A DNA stretch of 33,068 bases from Squatina squatina (GCA_031763465.1 JARFOE010000234.1:9763568-9796635), one strand, 5' to 3'; counted from the first letter of the stretch, positions 21,717 through 32,824 are shown. The notes: generated from the sequence alone by a model not told the origin. A program made the numbers and translations.

Positions 21717-22704
21717 TTTATACCCCATCTAGATGTAATGTGCTTCGTTATGTTGCCATTACCACCTCTGATTGCCTTGCATCATCTCTTAATCTCTTNN
21801 NNNNNNNNNNNNNNNNNNNNNNNNNNNNNNNNNNNNNNNNNNNNNNNNNNNNNNNNNNNNNNNNNNNNNNNNNNNNNNNNNNNNNNNNNNNNNNNNNNAA
21901 GAAATCAAAGTAATGAATATGTGTGACATTTCAATTTCGATAGTCTCACTGCTTCGATGAACCTACCATTCTAAGACGATCAGTTAATTTAAGAGTTTGT
22001 CACAGATGGTTTTAATCAGACGAGCCTATGCTATGGGCTGATCAGCAAATTAAATGAGAAACCATTTAAAAGCTTTAATCAATCAGCCACATAATTCTGT
22101 ATTTTCGCAGTAGTGGGTTGCATGACTGGAAATTGCATTGTCCCAATACTCAAATGAGATTCAAGTATTGGTCACTACCAGTTCATCTATTCATCATTGC
22201 AAAACTATTAATTAGTATTTTATGGAATTGGTTTGTCGTTGCACCCCAGACAGCTGTATAACGTTTTTGAAATTCAGGAGCTATTGATTCAGCTAAATGA
22301 TTTAATTATTTACCATGTAGCTGTTATGCCCTTTAACATCTTATATAAATTCATATAGTGACTGTTATAAGTTGCTTTTCTTGTGAAATTTCTTCGTAAT
22401 TTTTTTTGCAACTGATGTGTAACAATGAATCCAATTGTAATTATCTTTCTTAGCATCACAACCACTCAGCTGGCCGGACATATTTTCAGTTTGAATGATC
22501 ACATACTCTCTCATCCTTTTACATTTACTATGCAACATATTTGCTGCAACGGGGCTGTTTAACTCTCTAGGCATTGAAGGGGAACTCTGTGGGCAACACT
22601 TTCANNNNNNNNNNNNNNNNNNNNNNNNNNNNNNNNNNNNNNNNNNNNNNNNNNNNNNNNNNNNNNNNNNNNNNNNNNNNNNNNNNNNNNNNNNNNNNNN
22701 NNNN

Positions 22705-22781
22705 TATTGATGACAGTGATATGATTGAGCTTTCGAATTACATGTCTGCCTATCTCACTGGAGCAGAACCATCAAGATATT
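22705..22781 (+). repeat. 77-bp exact direct repeat, copy 1 (contig start)
   Basis: Identical to 23437-23513; begins at the first base after a gap. Confidence 0.97.
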
Positions 22782-22874
22782 CTATCAACTAAAATTGGTG
22801 TAAGGTGTTTCTGTAGTTCTACGTTTATACGATAACCTTTCTTGAGACAAATGAACTTGACAATTTGACATGTG

Positions 22875-23110
22875 AAAGCATTGAACAATTTAAGGCTGTA
22901 AGTGATAGGCAAGTAATAGGATTTCGGCAGCAATGGTGGGAGAAGTAAGGCTGGAACTGGGAAACATTTCAGAATCCATTCTTGGTAATACATTGAATCT
23001 AGAGAAGGAAGCTGAGCTTGGCTTTGAACAGTACACCAAGGTTCTACAGCTCAGGACTTATCCTGAGGTGGCAGTCAGGGAGCTTGATGGGTTCAAGATG
23101 TAATCTGACG
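22875..23110 (-). mobile_element. Old L2-clade LINE ORF2 fragment
   Basis: Minus strand reads NLGVLFKAKLSFLL*IQCITKNGF..NVSQFQPYFS..AAEILL, matching the recalled L2 motif NLGVLFDxxLSFxxHIxxITKxAF..NIxxLRPxLS..AAExLI. Confidence 0.65.
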
Positions 23111-23164
23111 TATTTTGGGAGCAATATGGTGAGAGGGTGAGCAGCTATAGGTTCACTTATCAAA

Positions 23165-23207
23165 AGGGAACAGGCCTGTAGGTCTAATAGCCTTTTCCTG
23201 TTCCTAA
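23165..23207 (+). mobile_element. Very short CR1 3' tail remnant
   Basis: aacaggcctgtaggtctaatagccttttcctgttccta resembles 32763-32800. Confidence 0.4.
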
Positions 23208-23436
23208 ATAACTCCAAATGTTCTTCTGTTGCATCTCGTAATCCAGAAACCGGCTCCGATCATTTAATGCTGCAGGGTCCTTGGTAATATGTAAATTAGG
23301 CATGAGGCTTTCTTTTGTACCACTTTTCTTCAGTGAGAAACTAGATTCATTTACAATTCCTCCCCTCATTATTTGTTCAACTCTGACTACATTTGCATGG
23401 ATGTTCTTCCATCCTGGGAATAGAGGTGTGAAACAT

Positions 23437-23513
23437 TATTGATGACAGTGATATGATTGAGCTTTCGAATTACATGTCTGCCTATCTCACTGGAGCAGAA
23501 CCATCAAGATATT
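23437..23513 (+). repeat. 77-bp exact direct repeat, copy 2 (contig end)
   Basis: Identical to 22705-22781; ends at the last base before a gap. Confidence 0.97.
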
Positions 23514-23827
23514 NNNNNNNNNNNNNNNNNNNNNNNNNNNNNNNNNNNNNNNNNNNNNNNNNNNNNNNNNNNNNNNNNNNNNNNNNNNNNNNNNNNNNNN
23601 NNNNNNNNNNNNNTCCACAACCTCCAAACATCAATATTCAGAAATGGCACCTCACCTTGTCATCTGCTATCAATCGAGCAACCCAGAATGCCTGTTTTAC
23701 ATGAATGGACGGAGCTCGTGTCACAATCCCATTGTGCATGCTGGGAATTTGTGCGCTCACTGTAATAAATTACAATTCCACTATAATAATTAAAGGGGAC
23801 TCTTTCCTTTTTTCAGGAAGAACTTAA

Positions 23828-24040
23828 GGGTCCCAATTGGTCCCTTCGAAATTGTGAAAAATTGGCGCAAACATGATGGCAAGGCTTTTGCGCCCGTTGG
23901 CGCTGCCATGGGCACCAGTTACGGAATTGGACTGGCAATTTTTTTAATGAGGAAGATTGTTTGGGCGGTTACCGCCGGGGGCGCGATTAGCGGAGGCGCA
24001 CAATGATTGTGATGTCATCACCGTGCACCGTGCCAACTTC
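23828..24040 (+). mobile_element. CpG-rich Harbinger-type terminal region
   Basis: gggtcccaattgg start, dense ggcgc motifs, and tgatgtcatcaccgtgcac shared with 30924-30942. Confidence 0.45.
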
Positions 24041-25439
24041 CTTCTATGTTCTTTCTCCAAAGCCTAAAGCCCTGTTGCTCTTCCCTCCTGACCCTGTAAG
24101 TTATACTTCCAGACAGTGCTGGACTTAAGCTGCTGACCCACTCATTCTCTCTCCTGGAGCTTGCAGCCATGTTTCCCATTTTACTGCATCTGCTGACTCA
24201 CTTCCCCCTGATGCTACAGAAATTGCAGCTCAGATCGTATCTGTCTTATGCTTGCTGACTGCCTCCTCTTCCCTCCCAGACTCACACCCATGCTCCTTCT
24301 GCTCCCCAGACTCCATAACGGACAAACAGCAAAAGGTAAGTGAACAATAGGACCAACAGGAAAAGCAAAATTGAAATATATTGAAGAAAGGAACATTTGA
24401 CGTAACCAAGGGACAGGAAGAACACTGACATTCTGCTACGCATTACTTCGGTTTGGAATTGTGCAAACAAACAATTATGGTTACAAATATACATGATATT
24501 TACATATATTTTAAGCAAAGATTATACTCCTAATTTCGGGAAAATATGTCAATGTAATTTATGCATTGGATTTTATAATAATTTGTTTATTCTATATGTG
24601 CAAACCAAAGTTATAATTTAATGAAAAATCCAGGCGTTAAATCACTGAATGTCTAATTACTGTTGGATTCATTCCCACTGGTAGGAGAGATGAAACTGTG
24701 GCAGATGGAGTGACTTCACACTTCACTAATGGGTTAGTGTTGCCTGCTGTAGCTTGACCGGCTTAACCAGTGGGGAAGGATCTTATTGTGGATTAAAATG
24801 TATTATTTTCCTTCATTCACATCTGCAAACAGTGGAGAGAGTGCTTGTGAAGTTTGTTTATTGTTAAATGTTGTTCTCATGAAGTGCTGTTGATTAAATT
24901 GTAGGAGCATGGAGTGAGAAAATCAAGTCAATACCAGTTTGAGGAAGAAATATATTTTGAAAAATAGCACAGAGAAACAAAATAGTTGCTATTTTAATTA
25001 TCTTTGAGNNNNNNNNNNNNNNNNNNNNNNNNNNNNNNNNNNNNNNNNNNNNNNNNNNNNNNNNNNNNNNNNNNNNNNNNNNNNNNNNNNNNNNNNNNNN
25101 NNNNNNNNCTGCGCAGGGAAAATACACTTTATCTTGGCCACACTTCCTCACATAAACATGTACCAGCAAGGAAGATTAGAGTTCAGACAGGCGTGCATTC
25201 TCTGTGATAGATTTTCAAGTTAAAACTGTTCATGAAGGAACACTAAAATACAATCTATTATAGCTTTTGAACAGTTACCTCACAAAGTGCTCAACAAGCC
25301 CATAAAGCTGATGCTGTTCTTGACATCTTGCTATTGATTTTCTTTGTGAGAGAGGCTGGTGGTCATTTTGAGAACACTAGTAGCGATATTGGAAGGGAGA
25401 ACGTGAGTGTGGAGGGCTGGCTAGGCGTGCGAATGAATC

Positions 25440-25915
25440 GGAAACTGGTGCAGACTCACCCAATTAGTGAGTGAGTATCATTTTTGTCTGGTTGCCAGCT
25501 GAAATAGGAGTGTATCCTCAGTGGGTACTGCTGGTCCCGGGCACGAGCTGCCTGCAGCAAGGCCAGGGGGAAAGGGCAGCTTGGGGGCCAGCTCCCCGTT
25601 GGGCAAGTTCGTACACAAGTTCTGCTGCATGGGACTCGGATGAGGACCTCGATGGGGTGGCCTTCAGAAGAATGGGCATGCACATGGAATTGATGGGTTC
25701 AATGGCAAGCCATTGCCATTCGGCAATGTCAAGGAGCGTAGAAGAGTCCATCTCCAGCATTGTTCGGGGCTCTGCGCAGAGTGTGGAGCCCATTATTTCC
25801 AGTTGGAAATGATGGTACACTCCCAGGAAGACCGTGGCGACCCAGACGTTATGTCGCAGCTTCCATTGCAACACAGGTGGAAGCGACCCAATGTCTTCGT
25901 GCTGCAGTGGAAGCT
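25440..25915 (+). pseudogene. Decayed coding remnant resembling the C-terminal half of the Harbinger second (Myb/SANT-associated) ORF
   Basis: GC-rich 113-codon ORF 25471-25812 with SSAAWDSDEDLDGVAFRRMGMHMELMGSMAS..AMSRSVEESISSIVRGSAQSVEPIISS; resemblance recalled from shark Harbinger-associated proteins, no diagnostic domain visible. Confidence 0.45.
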
Positions 25916-26015
25916 NNNNNNNNNNNNNNNNNNNNNNNNNNNNNNNNNNNNNNNNNNNNNNNNNNNNNNNNNNNNNNNNNNNNNNNNNNNNNNNNNNNNN
26001 NNNNNNNNNNNNNNN

Positions 26016-26166
26016 ACACTGCCCCTCTGACAGTGCAGCACTCCCTCAGCACTGCACTGGGAGTGTCCAGCCTAGTTTTTTTTTTTGCACTCAACTTCCT
26101 GGAGTGGGACTTGAACCCACAACCTTCTGACTCAGACGAGAGTGCTAGCCACTGAGCCACAGCTGA
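26016..26166 (-). mobile_element. Deu-domain SINE 5' half, well preserved, cut by gap
   Basis: Minus strand: tcagctgtggctcagtggctagc (A box), ggttcaagtcc (B box), then cactcccagtgcagtgctgagggagtgctgcactgtcagagg (start of Deu domain). Confidence 0.9.
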
Positions 26167-26694
26167 ATACAAAGAAAAACATCAAAGTTATGTCCCAAAA
26201 TAAACACAATAAGATCACTTGCTGTGAAAGTTGCAATCGTTCAAAGGCCACCAATATCAAAATAATAGAACTGATTTAGGAAAAACAGAATTAATTGTTG
26301 AGAAAGATTAAAAGAGGTCTCAGTAACATTGTAAAATCTATCACTTTAAGCATCCTTAATTTGTTTCATTTAAAATAAGCAACCTTGGCTGTTTTAAGTC
26401 GTCATTTGTATTCCACCCAAGCCTTTCAAATTCGCTCTATCCGATTACATTCCTACTGTGCAGATAAAAATTCCAGATTGTTTTTTGATGAACTTCATCA
26501 GTGAAATTCATAGTGACATTTGTTTTAGTGAATGTTGTGCTTTTTCAATAACCTTCAGGACTGTAATGTCATCTCGGTGTAGGGCGGACTGGTTTGTGCA
26601 GAAACGGTGGTTACACTGCTTTTCTCTCGGGTTCCTCGAGATCCGCGCATTTGTCTTGAAATAAAACGTGAGAATTTGACTCAATTGCCAATAA

Positions 26695-26744
26695 TAAAAA
26701 AAACCCTCAAAACTGTTGGAAATGCACAGCAGGTCAGTCAGCAT
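26695..26744 (-). mobile_element. Short Penelope-like terminal remnant
   Basis: aaactgttggaaatgcacagcaggtcagtcagcat resembles the recalled shark motif aaatgctggaaatactcagcaggtcaggcagcat. Confidence 0.45.
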
Positions 26745-26930
26745 TAGGGTCGGCAACTATGGTTGGTCGCATTCCTGGTGGTTTCACCACCTGATCTCCC
26801 GTTCCGTCAGCCCCACCCGGTCAAACGGCCTTTTTCCCATTTAAAATATTTTTATAACTAATAAATGTTGAAAGAGACTGAAAAACCCACACAATTTTTT
26901 TTAAACATTCCCTCCCGAGTCGCAGTGTCC
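26745..26930 (+). mobile_element. End fragment of a hAT-like non-autonomous element
   Basis: Starts tagggtcggcaact, similar to TAGGGTTGCCAAC hAT-type termini; the opposite end is not seen. Confidence 0.4.
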
Positions 26931-26934
26931 AGTC

Positions 26935-27671
26935 TGTAGGTAAAAAGAAGCGTGCCTTTACCCTCCGTTACAAGGTTCGTGACTCCGGGAATTACAGACA
27001 CGTATGCACAATGGAGGATTAACTGTGAGCACCTTTATTTGCTTAACTCAAGTTAGATCTTACACACATGCAATGATTCTAAATAATACAACATACACAA
27101 AGTAAATACCTTTAAGGGATCCTGTTTATGTTCCCCAGGCTCAAGTGCTGGTCAGGCCTACCTTGCCCTGGGTGCCTCACTTGGTGACCAAACCGAGGAC
27201 TCATTCGTGACTGCAGCAGTAAAGCAATGTCCTTTTCATAGCAATTTTATACCTTAAAAAATGGGTTGTCCTTCATGCAAACAGGTTTTAGCTTTCGACC
27301 AATGGCCACCGATGAGCATTTGTTCCTGAGCCGTCCTTTCCCAGAACATGTGGCGATGGCTGCTGATGGGTCTTTGTTTGTCACTTCCTTATCAATCATC
27401 CTGACAGTTGATCAGAGGGCCTCAATTTGGAGCCAGGATGTCTGCTTTTCCCAAGTCCGTCCTCGTAAAAACCCTTCCAAGAAGTAAGAAGTCTCTGATC
27501 ACAGCAGTCTCACCTCACTACTGAATAGTAGAGAACTTCCTAGCCTTTAACATTTGGAAGCCTTGTTGTCTTTCACCCGAAGCATTTTGGGACTACATTT
27601 GGTCGGTTTTAAATTTGGCCACGTTACTTCAAATTTCTACATGTCCACTTAAATATAGTGGTCATCTTACA
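26935..27671 (-). mobile_element. Candidate solo LTR (737 bp)
   Basis: Ends tgtagg...cttaca (TG..CA, 5 of 6 inverted match); minus-strand order ATTGG/CCAAT (about 27299-27303), TATAAAA (27245-27251), AATAAA (27034-27039); no TSD found. Confidence 0.5.
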
Positions 27672-27697
27672 CTTATTATATTAAGGTTTGTTTGCTA

Positions 27698-27872
27698 ATC
27701 AGATGTCCGTTCTGCAAGTCTATTAATGTCATCCTGTACTTTGCCGCAATCTTCTTCTGTACTAACTACACCCCCCAATTTGGTGTCATCCGCAAATTTT
27801 GAAATTGTATTTCCGATTCCTGAGTCCAAACCGTTTATGTTAATGGTGAATAACAGTGGTCCCAGACCAACC
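27698..27872 (-). mobile_element. CR1 reverse transcriptase core fragment
   Basis: LGPLLFTININGLDSGIGNTISKFADDTKLGGVVSTEEDCGKVQDDINRLAE with the FADD motif. Confidence 0.93.
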
Positions 27873-27883
27873 CTAGTGTACCT

Positions 27884-27945
27884 CCAGTAATGTAGTAAAT
27901 GAGGCAGCCTATTTGTGCACAGCAATGTCTCACAAACAGCAAGTG
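27884..27945 (-). mobile_element. Deu-domain SINE 3' fragment
   Basis: Minus strand ttgctgtttgtgagacattgctgtgcacaaataggctgcc..ctacattac; shares cacaaacagcaa with 1747-1758. Confidence 0.65.
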
Positions 27946-28788
27946 AAGCAAAACCGGAGATATGTGCTGTAAGGGAAGCAGTGCAGTGGAGCATACTCCC
28001 AGTACATTCAGAGGTCAAAGAAAGTCGGCCTTTTTATTTTTTAACTGACTCAACTTCAAACGTGAAATACCAGAAGTAGATAAAATAAATTGCACACTTT
28101 CGCAGCTATATCCTTAATAGTAGATACGTTCAGAATTTTGTCAGTTGTTCTTGATATCTATTGCTTAACAGTCGATAAGGATTGTCCCAAATATAGTCCT
28201 AACACAGAAAATAACATTCAGAAAGCTTCATAGTGACATTCTTTATAACAAATATACCTAACCATGTGTTCCTCCCTCACGGGAGAGCAAAGCATCTGCT
28301 CACTTACCCCTCAGGCTTCTTGCAAAATAGCCGTCCAAACACCAATTTAATGCATCCCTCAGCTAGTCCTCCATTGAGGTTAAGATGCCCTTCAAATTTT
28401 ATATCCATATCAATGTTCAAATTCCATTTGTGTTGAGAAGATTGTTCAGTGGGAATGGATTTTCACACATGTTTGCTACAAAATGCACTGCACACCCATA
28501 GCCCTCAGAGATCCCTTAACTTTTTAGAAAGACATTTCTTTTTGCCTTCAGAAACAACACTGAAAATTCCTGGTGGAGTTTATTTTCAGTTCTATTGTAG
28601 GTCAGCTATTGTACTTTTCCAAAAGTCAATCTAATTTCAAAAGTCGCTCCACCATCACTCGAGGACCCATCTCCAATGATGACTTTGGNNNNNNNNNNNN
28701 NNNNNNNNNNNNNNNNNNNNNNNNNNNNNNNNNNNNNNNNNNNNNNNNNNNNNNNNNNNNNNNNNNNNNNNNNNNNNNNNNNNNNNNN

Positions 28789-28919
28789 TGCTCATCCCCT
28801 GCCTTACCTCCGTTAAACCTGCAAGTGGGCGGGTTGGGATCGGGTGTGAGATTTTTTTTGAAATATTTACATCTCACCCAACCCAAATCCACCAGTTTTG
28901 GGGGGTTAAAATGACCAGC
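28789..28919 (+). mobile_element. Short MITE-like repeat, same family as 16645-16782
   Basis: See 16645-16782; internal hairpin gggttgggatcgggtgtgagat...atctcacccaaccc. Confidence 0.6.
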
Positions 28920-29081
28920 TGTCTTTCTCTTTATTTCAAAGCTATCAATAATTTCTAACCGTTAACATAACACAGGTAGGGATATTCAGAACCGATTTGC
29001 CTGAGTAACTTTCAAACTTCAATTTATTTGTTTATATTTTGAAAGAACAGAAAGCTCAAATTAGGATGACGAAAAACACAT

Positions 29082-29405
29082 TGAGCTGGATTTTACAAAC
29101 CTTGGCAGGTCTGTGGTAGATAATGTTGGTGGCGGGTCCTGATCGTGTTGCTGTCTCCACCCCGGCCTCTATAATGAATTTCCCCCAATTGGGCTGGTTA
29201 AGCCTGCTCAATTAGAGGACGGGTCTGATTAAATCATTTGATGACACGTCATCAACTGATTTCCTTAAAGGGACCATGGCCAACTTTCTTTTGACATTTG
29301 TGCTGTCAGTATTCTACAGCATTGAAGTGCTGCAAACACGAACAATCACTGCACAGAGGTGCAGGGCTGTGCCCAGGTTCCCCCATGACTTCCTCCATCG
29401 CTATT
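29082..29405 (+). mobile_element. Harbinger-type end with remnant start of a Myb/SANT-like ORF
   Basis: gagctggattttac terminus-like start; ttgatgacacgtcatcaa palindrome; peptide RCRAVPRFPHDFL resembles the RxxAPRFS..L start of Myb_DNA-bind_5-type domains. Confidence 0.4.
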
Positions 29406-29639
29406 CCCCATTTTACAGTATCACACAAAGTCAAGATCTCTCCCAATGTCTTGCACATTGCAGTTCTATCATGAAGCACATAGCCACTTTGTCTATTGGT
29501 CTCTTCATTTTCTGTCCACACTAACAATAGTCCGCACTGACAATAAACACCTTCAGTTGCCTGTGTCAGGTAAAGACAGCTGCAAGAAGTTGAACGGATG
29601 AGGATAAGGTCAATCATGCACATCAACTACATTTAGCGT

Positions 29640-29764
29640 AAGACTTGAAGGAGAAAAATTTGCTGGGCTATGGGGAAAGGGCAGGGGAGCGGGACTAATT
29701 GGACAACTCAACCGGCACAAGCACGATGGCCTCCTTCTGTGCTGTATGATTCTATGATTCTATG
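29640..29764 (+). mobile_element. CR1 LINE 3'UTR fragment
   Basis: gggctatggggaaagggcagggga..cctccttctgtgctgtatgattctatgattctat matches 11898-12023. Confidence 0.92.
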
Positions 29765-30261
29765 GTAATGCCTTGTGGAGACAATTATAAACATTTTTAT
29801 TGTTTGCTTCAAGTATGTTATTTATTTCTTACTCGTGAAGCTGAAAGTTTTCCATTTTATTTTTGGGGCTGGAGGAAGCTGATTTCCTCACCGTTGACTT
29901 CACCTAATTTTTTTCCACCCACATTCAAAGCAAAAAAAAGTAAAACCCGAAACTCAAAAGCCGGTGTAGATAAATGCAAACATTTCTTTCAATGTTCAAA
30001 GCTGTCACATTTGATATAACTGGGAAGTTTAACCAGAGCAGTTAGATATTACTTTCCCTACACCTCATCACTGTTCCACTCAGGGATGAAAGAACTGTCA
30101 GCTGTCAGTGTTCAATCTAAATTCAAACCAACTGTAATAAGTCACAACTGGTGAGAGGGAAAAAAAAACATTCTTATTTATTTGCCCTTCAGCTTTCTAA
30201 GAACCAAATTTCAGGTCTTTGTGAAATCGAGGTCATTCAGCCAAGGAGCAGTGTTAACTAG

Positions 30262-30336
30262 ACATAGGATTACATAGGATGTACAGCACAGAAACAGGCC
30301 ATTCGGCCCAACCAGTCCATGCCGGTGTTTATGCTC
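30262..30336 (-). mobile_element. CR1 3' tail, cut by gap
   Basis: acataggattacataggatgtacagcacagaaacaggccattcggccc; matches 18625-18700. Confidence 0.88.
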
Positions 30337-30795
30337 NNNNNNNNNNNNNNNNNNNNNNNNNNNNNNNNNNNNNNNNNNNNNNNNNNNNNNNNNNNNNNNN
30401 NNNNNNNNNNNNNNNNNNNNNNNNNNNNNNNNNNNNATTTAACTGTGCTGATCAAAACAGATTTACTGTAATTATAAAGTAGATATTAATTTATTTTACT
30501 AATTCATCCATAAAATTAAAACTTTGTCACCTGCTGGGGTTCAAGAACAGTGCCTTATCATTTGTGACTTTCATCATTAAACATTTTGCATCCTCTGAAG
30601 TGTAAAACAGGAATACATTGTTCTTTAACATTTCTCCCTCAAGAGGCAAACCAAAGCAAGCAGAATAATTAAAAAAAAATTCTCAGATGATTAATATGAC
30701 CTTCCTGACGAAGAATCTTTTAGCCCCGAAATACCAAACTCCCACTGTAGCTTTTAATTTATTTGATTTTAAACAGCATATCAGGGAAAACTTCG

Positions 30796-31561
30796 AGGGT
30801 GAAATTCAGCANNNNNNNNNNTTTGCACCTCCTGTGACATTTGCCCCCAAATTTGTTTTGGCGCTAAGCTTTTGTGCTTCCACAGCCAGGTGAGGTGCTA
30901 TTCCTGGAGACGTTAGCTACCGGTGACGTCATCAGTGCGCACAACGCCTCCATGAAGCCTCATTGCAAAATTCCCCAGACTCAATGCCCTAAGTGAGCTG
31001 AGAAAAACAACGCCTTGAAAAGTTGCCGCGAAACATGGTTCACGGGCCGGTCCGCCATTTTGCATGAAGGAATCAATATCCGAATGAGTCTGAGCACTAC
31101 CAGTGGGGGCAGGGGTACTTGTCATGTGCTCCTGCTGCTTGATGGTTTTTGAAAGCTCACTTGCTAACTATAAGTAGTGATAATATTTAACCCTTTCAAG
31201 TGCAACACACTTTTCAAAGCATTCGGCCCATCACTATGGGTGCCATTCTGGCGGTGGGCCGTCTTCTTCTGCTGCACCTCAGGGAGTATCTCATTAGGAG
31301 GAGAAGGTGGAGACAGGAGCAAAGGAACAGGCTGCATCAGCCAGATGGACAAGGGGCACGGGCAATTGAGGGAATGCCACCCATCCAAAAGCCACAGCCT
31401 CCAGACTATCCACCACTGAGGCCCAGGCAGAGGCACAGGCAACTAACACAGCAAGGGGCAGGCCTCCGCAAGCACCAGCTGACCCAACAGCAGGCCCAAC
31501 AGCCCCAGACCAGCAGCCCCAGACCAGCACCAAGGCCAAGGAAAAGGAAGAGGATATTGAA
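30796..31561 (+). mobile_element. Probable Harbinger transposon 5' end plus start of transposase ORF (ATG 31236, open to the gap)
   Basis: gggtgaaattcagc terminus-like start; CpG-rich leader with TGACGTCA; uninterrupted MGAILAV..RRRRWRQEQ..Q/P-rich..RPRKRKRIL, resembling recalled N-termini of shark HARBI1-like proteins; DDE core not visible. Confidence 0.55.
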
Positions 31562-32409
31562 NNNNNNNNNNNNNNNNNNNNNNNNNNNNNNNNNNNNNNN
31601 NNNNNNNNNNNNNNNNNNNNNNNNNNNNNNNNNNNNNNNNNNNNNNNNNNNNNNNNNNNNNTGACAATAAATACAAATCCACACTGAAGTGAGATTCCAT
31701 TTCTTTCTAAACTGCACCCCATTTTCCAAAAAAACAAGTATTTTGTATCATAATTACTTGCTGGAAAGGCTACTTCTAATTAGACGGAGGCACATGTACA
31801 GTTGGATAAACTGCTTTATGTCAGTAATTATCTAATTAACTAATTCAAAGGCAAATTTGCTCCTAAACGTTCAAACATTACCACTTCAATCCTCTCGGGT
31901 TTCTCAGGTTACACTTCTGATTAATACGCAACTCTCTCAGGGACACTACTGCATTTTAAGTCACACCATTACACTTAAGCTTTTGATGCTGCAATGTATT
32001 TTATTCAGAATAATATTTCAACTCATGCAGAACAAACCCTGTTTTTTCCAAAGGTAAAATGAAAGTTGGCTTAGCTTATTATCTTCAGAAGGAAAGGGAC
32101 GGCCACCTCCTCTGTCCTATATTTACCGCCTGTACACCAATGGGCACTACGGTCTATTTCCTAACGTATGGAAATTGCAATTCCCCAGGTGGGTACGATG
32201 TTCTCACGCACCCGGGGGAACCTTGCAAGTGCTGAATCTTGGGCTGCGCTGNNNNNNNNNNNNNNNNNNNNNNNNNNNNNNNNNNNNNNNNNNNNNNNNN
32301 NNNNNNNNNNNNNNNNNNNNNNNNNNNNNNNNNNNNNNNNNNNNNNNNNNNGCACTATATAAATATTGTTGTTTACCTAGCTACCTTTAGAAGCCTCCTA
32401 AAATTATCT

Positions 32410-32520
32410 TCAAACACCCCCTCCTCAGTCTCCCCCTTTAAAACTTTTAATTCTATGCTTGGTTTCCACTTCTCACCCTTGTGAAACATTCTGAGGAGTT
32501 CTTTAATGTGAGGAGTGCGA
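32410..32520 (+). mobile_element. Decayed L2-type 3' tail
   Basis: tgtgaaacattctgaggagttctttaatgtgaggagtgcgat resembles the L2/SINE tail tgtgaagcgccttgggacgttttactacgttaaaggcgctat. Confidence 0.35.
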
Positions 32521-32676
32521 TCTCGGCGAGATTTGTTTTTTTTTGATCTTTCATGAAATTTCCATGGGATGATCAGCGGAAACCTCCCCTGAGAAATGAC
32601 ATAAACGACTTCTCTGGGAGTTCTGCTAATGTCCTGCTGAAGCTCTGTCAGGAAATCCTCGTGGAAATTCAGGGCC
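32521..32676. mobile_element. MITE/Harbinger-type end fragment
   Basis: Ends ggaaattcagggcc (reverse complement ggccctgaatttcc), the same GG(G)-n-GAATTT terminal style as the other copies. Confidence 0.4.
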
Positions 32677-32677
32677 T

Positions 32678-32824
32678 GTATTAGGGGAAGCAAGGGTTAT
32701 GGGGATAGGGCAGGAAAGTGTTGTTGAGACCATAGATCAGCCATGACCTTATTGAATGGCAGAGCAGGCTCGAGGGGCCGTATGGCCTACTCCTGTTCCT
32801 ATTTCTTATGTTTTTATGTTCTTA
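32678..32824 (+). mobile_element. CR1 LINE 3'UTR fragment
   Basis: agatcagccatgaccttattgaatggcagagcaggctcgaggggccgtatggcctactcctgttcctatttcttatgtttttatgttctta; reverse complement of 13624-13760. Confidence 0.92.

Noticed and set aside
22705-23513. LTR/TRIM element with 77-bp terminal repeats
   Set aside because: No TG..CA ends, PBS or PPT; the repeats coincide exactly with contig ends, which fits a k-mer overlap.
26016-26166. tRNA gene
   Set aside because: A/B boxes run straight into the Deu SINE body and dispersed decayed copies exist in the window; it is a SINE head.
28308-28462. Minus-strand open frame ending at a gtaagt donor
   Set aside because: An in-frame stop lies between the nearest good acceptor and the open frame; peptide unrecognised.
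1507-32484. Many ORFs containing X runs in the supplied track
   Set aside because: Artefacts of reading through N gaps that join unrelated contigs.
32373-32693. 106-aa minus-strand ORF
   Set aside because: Spans three unrelated repeat fragments; chance open frame.
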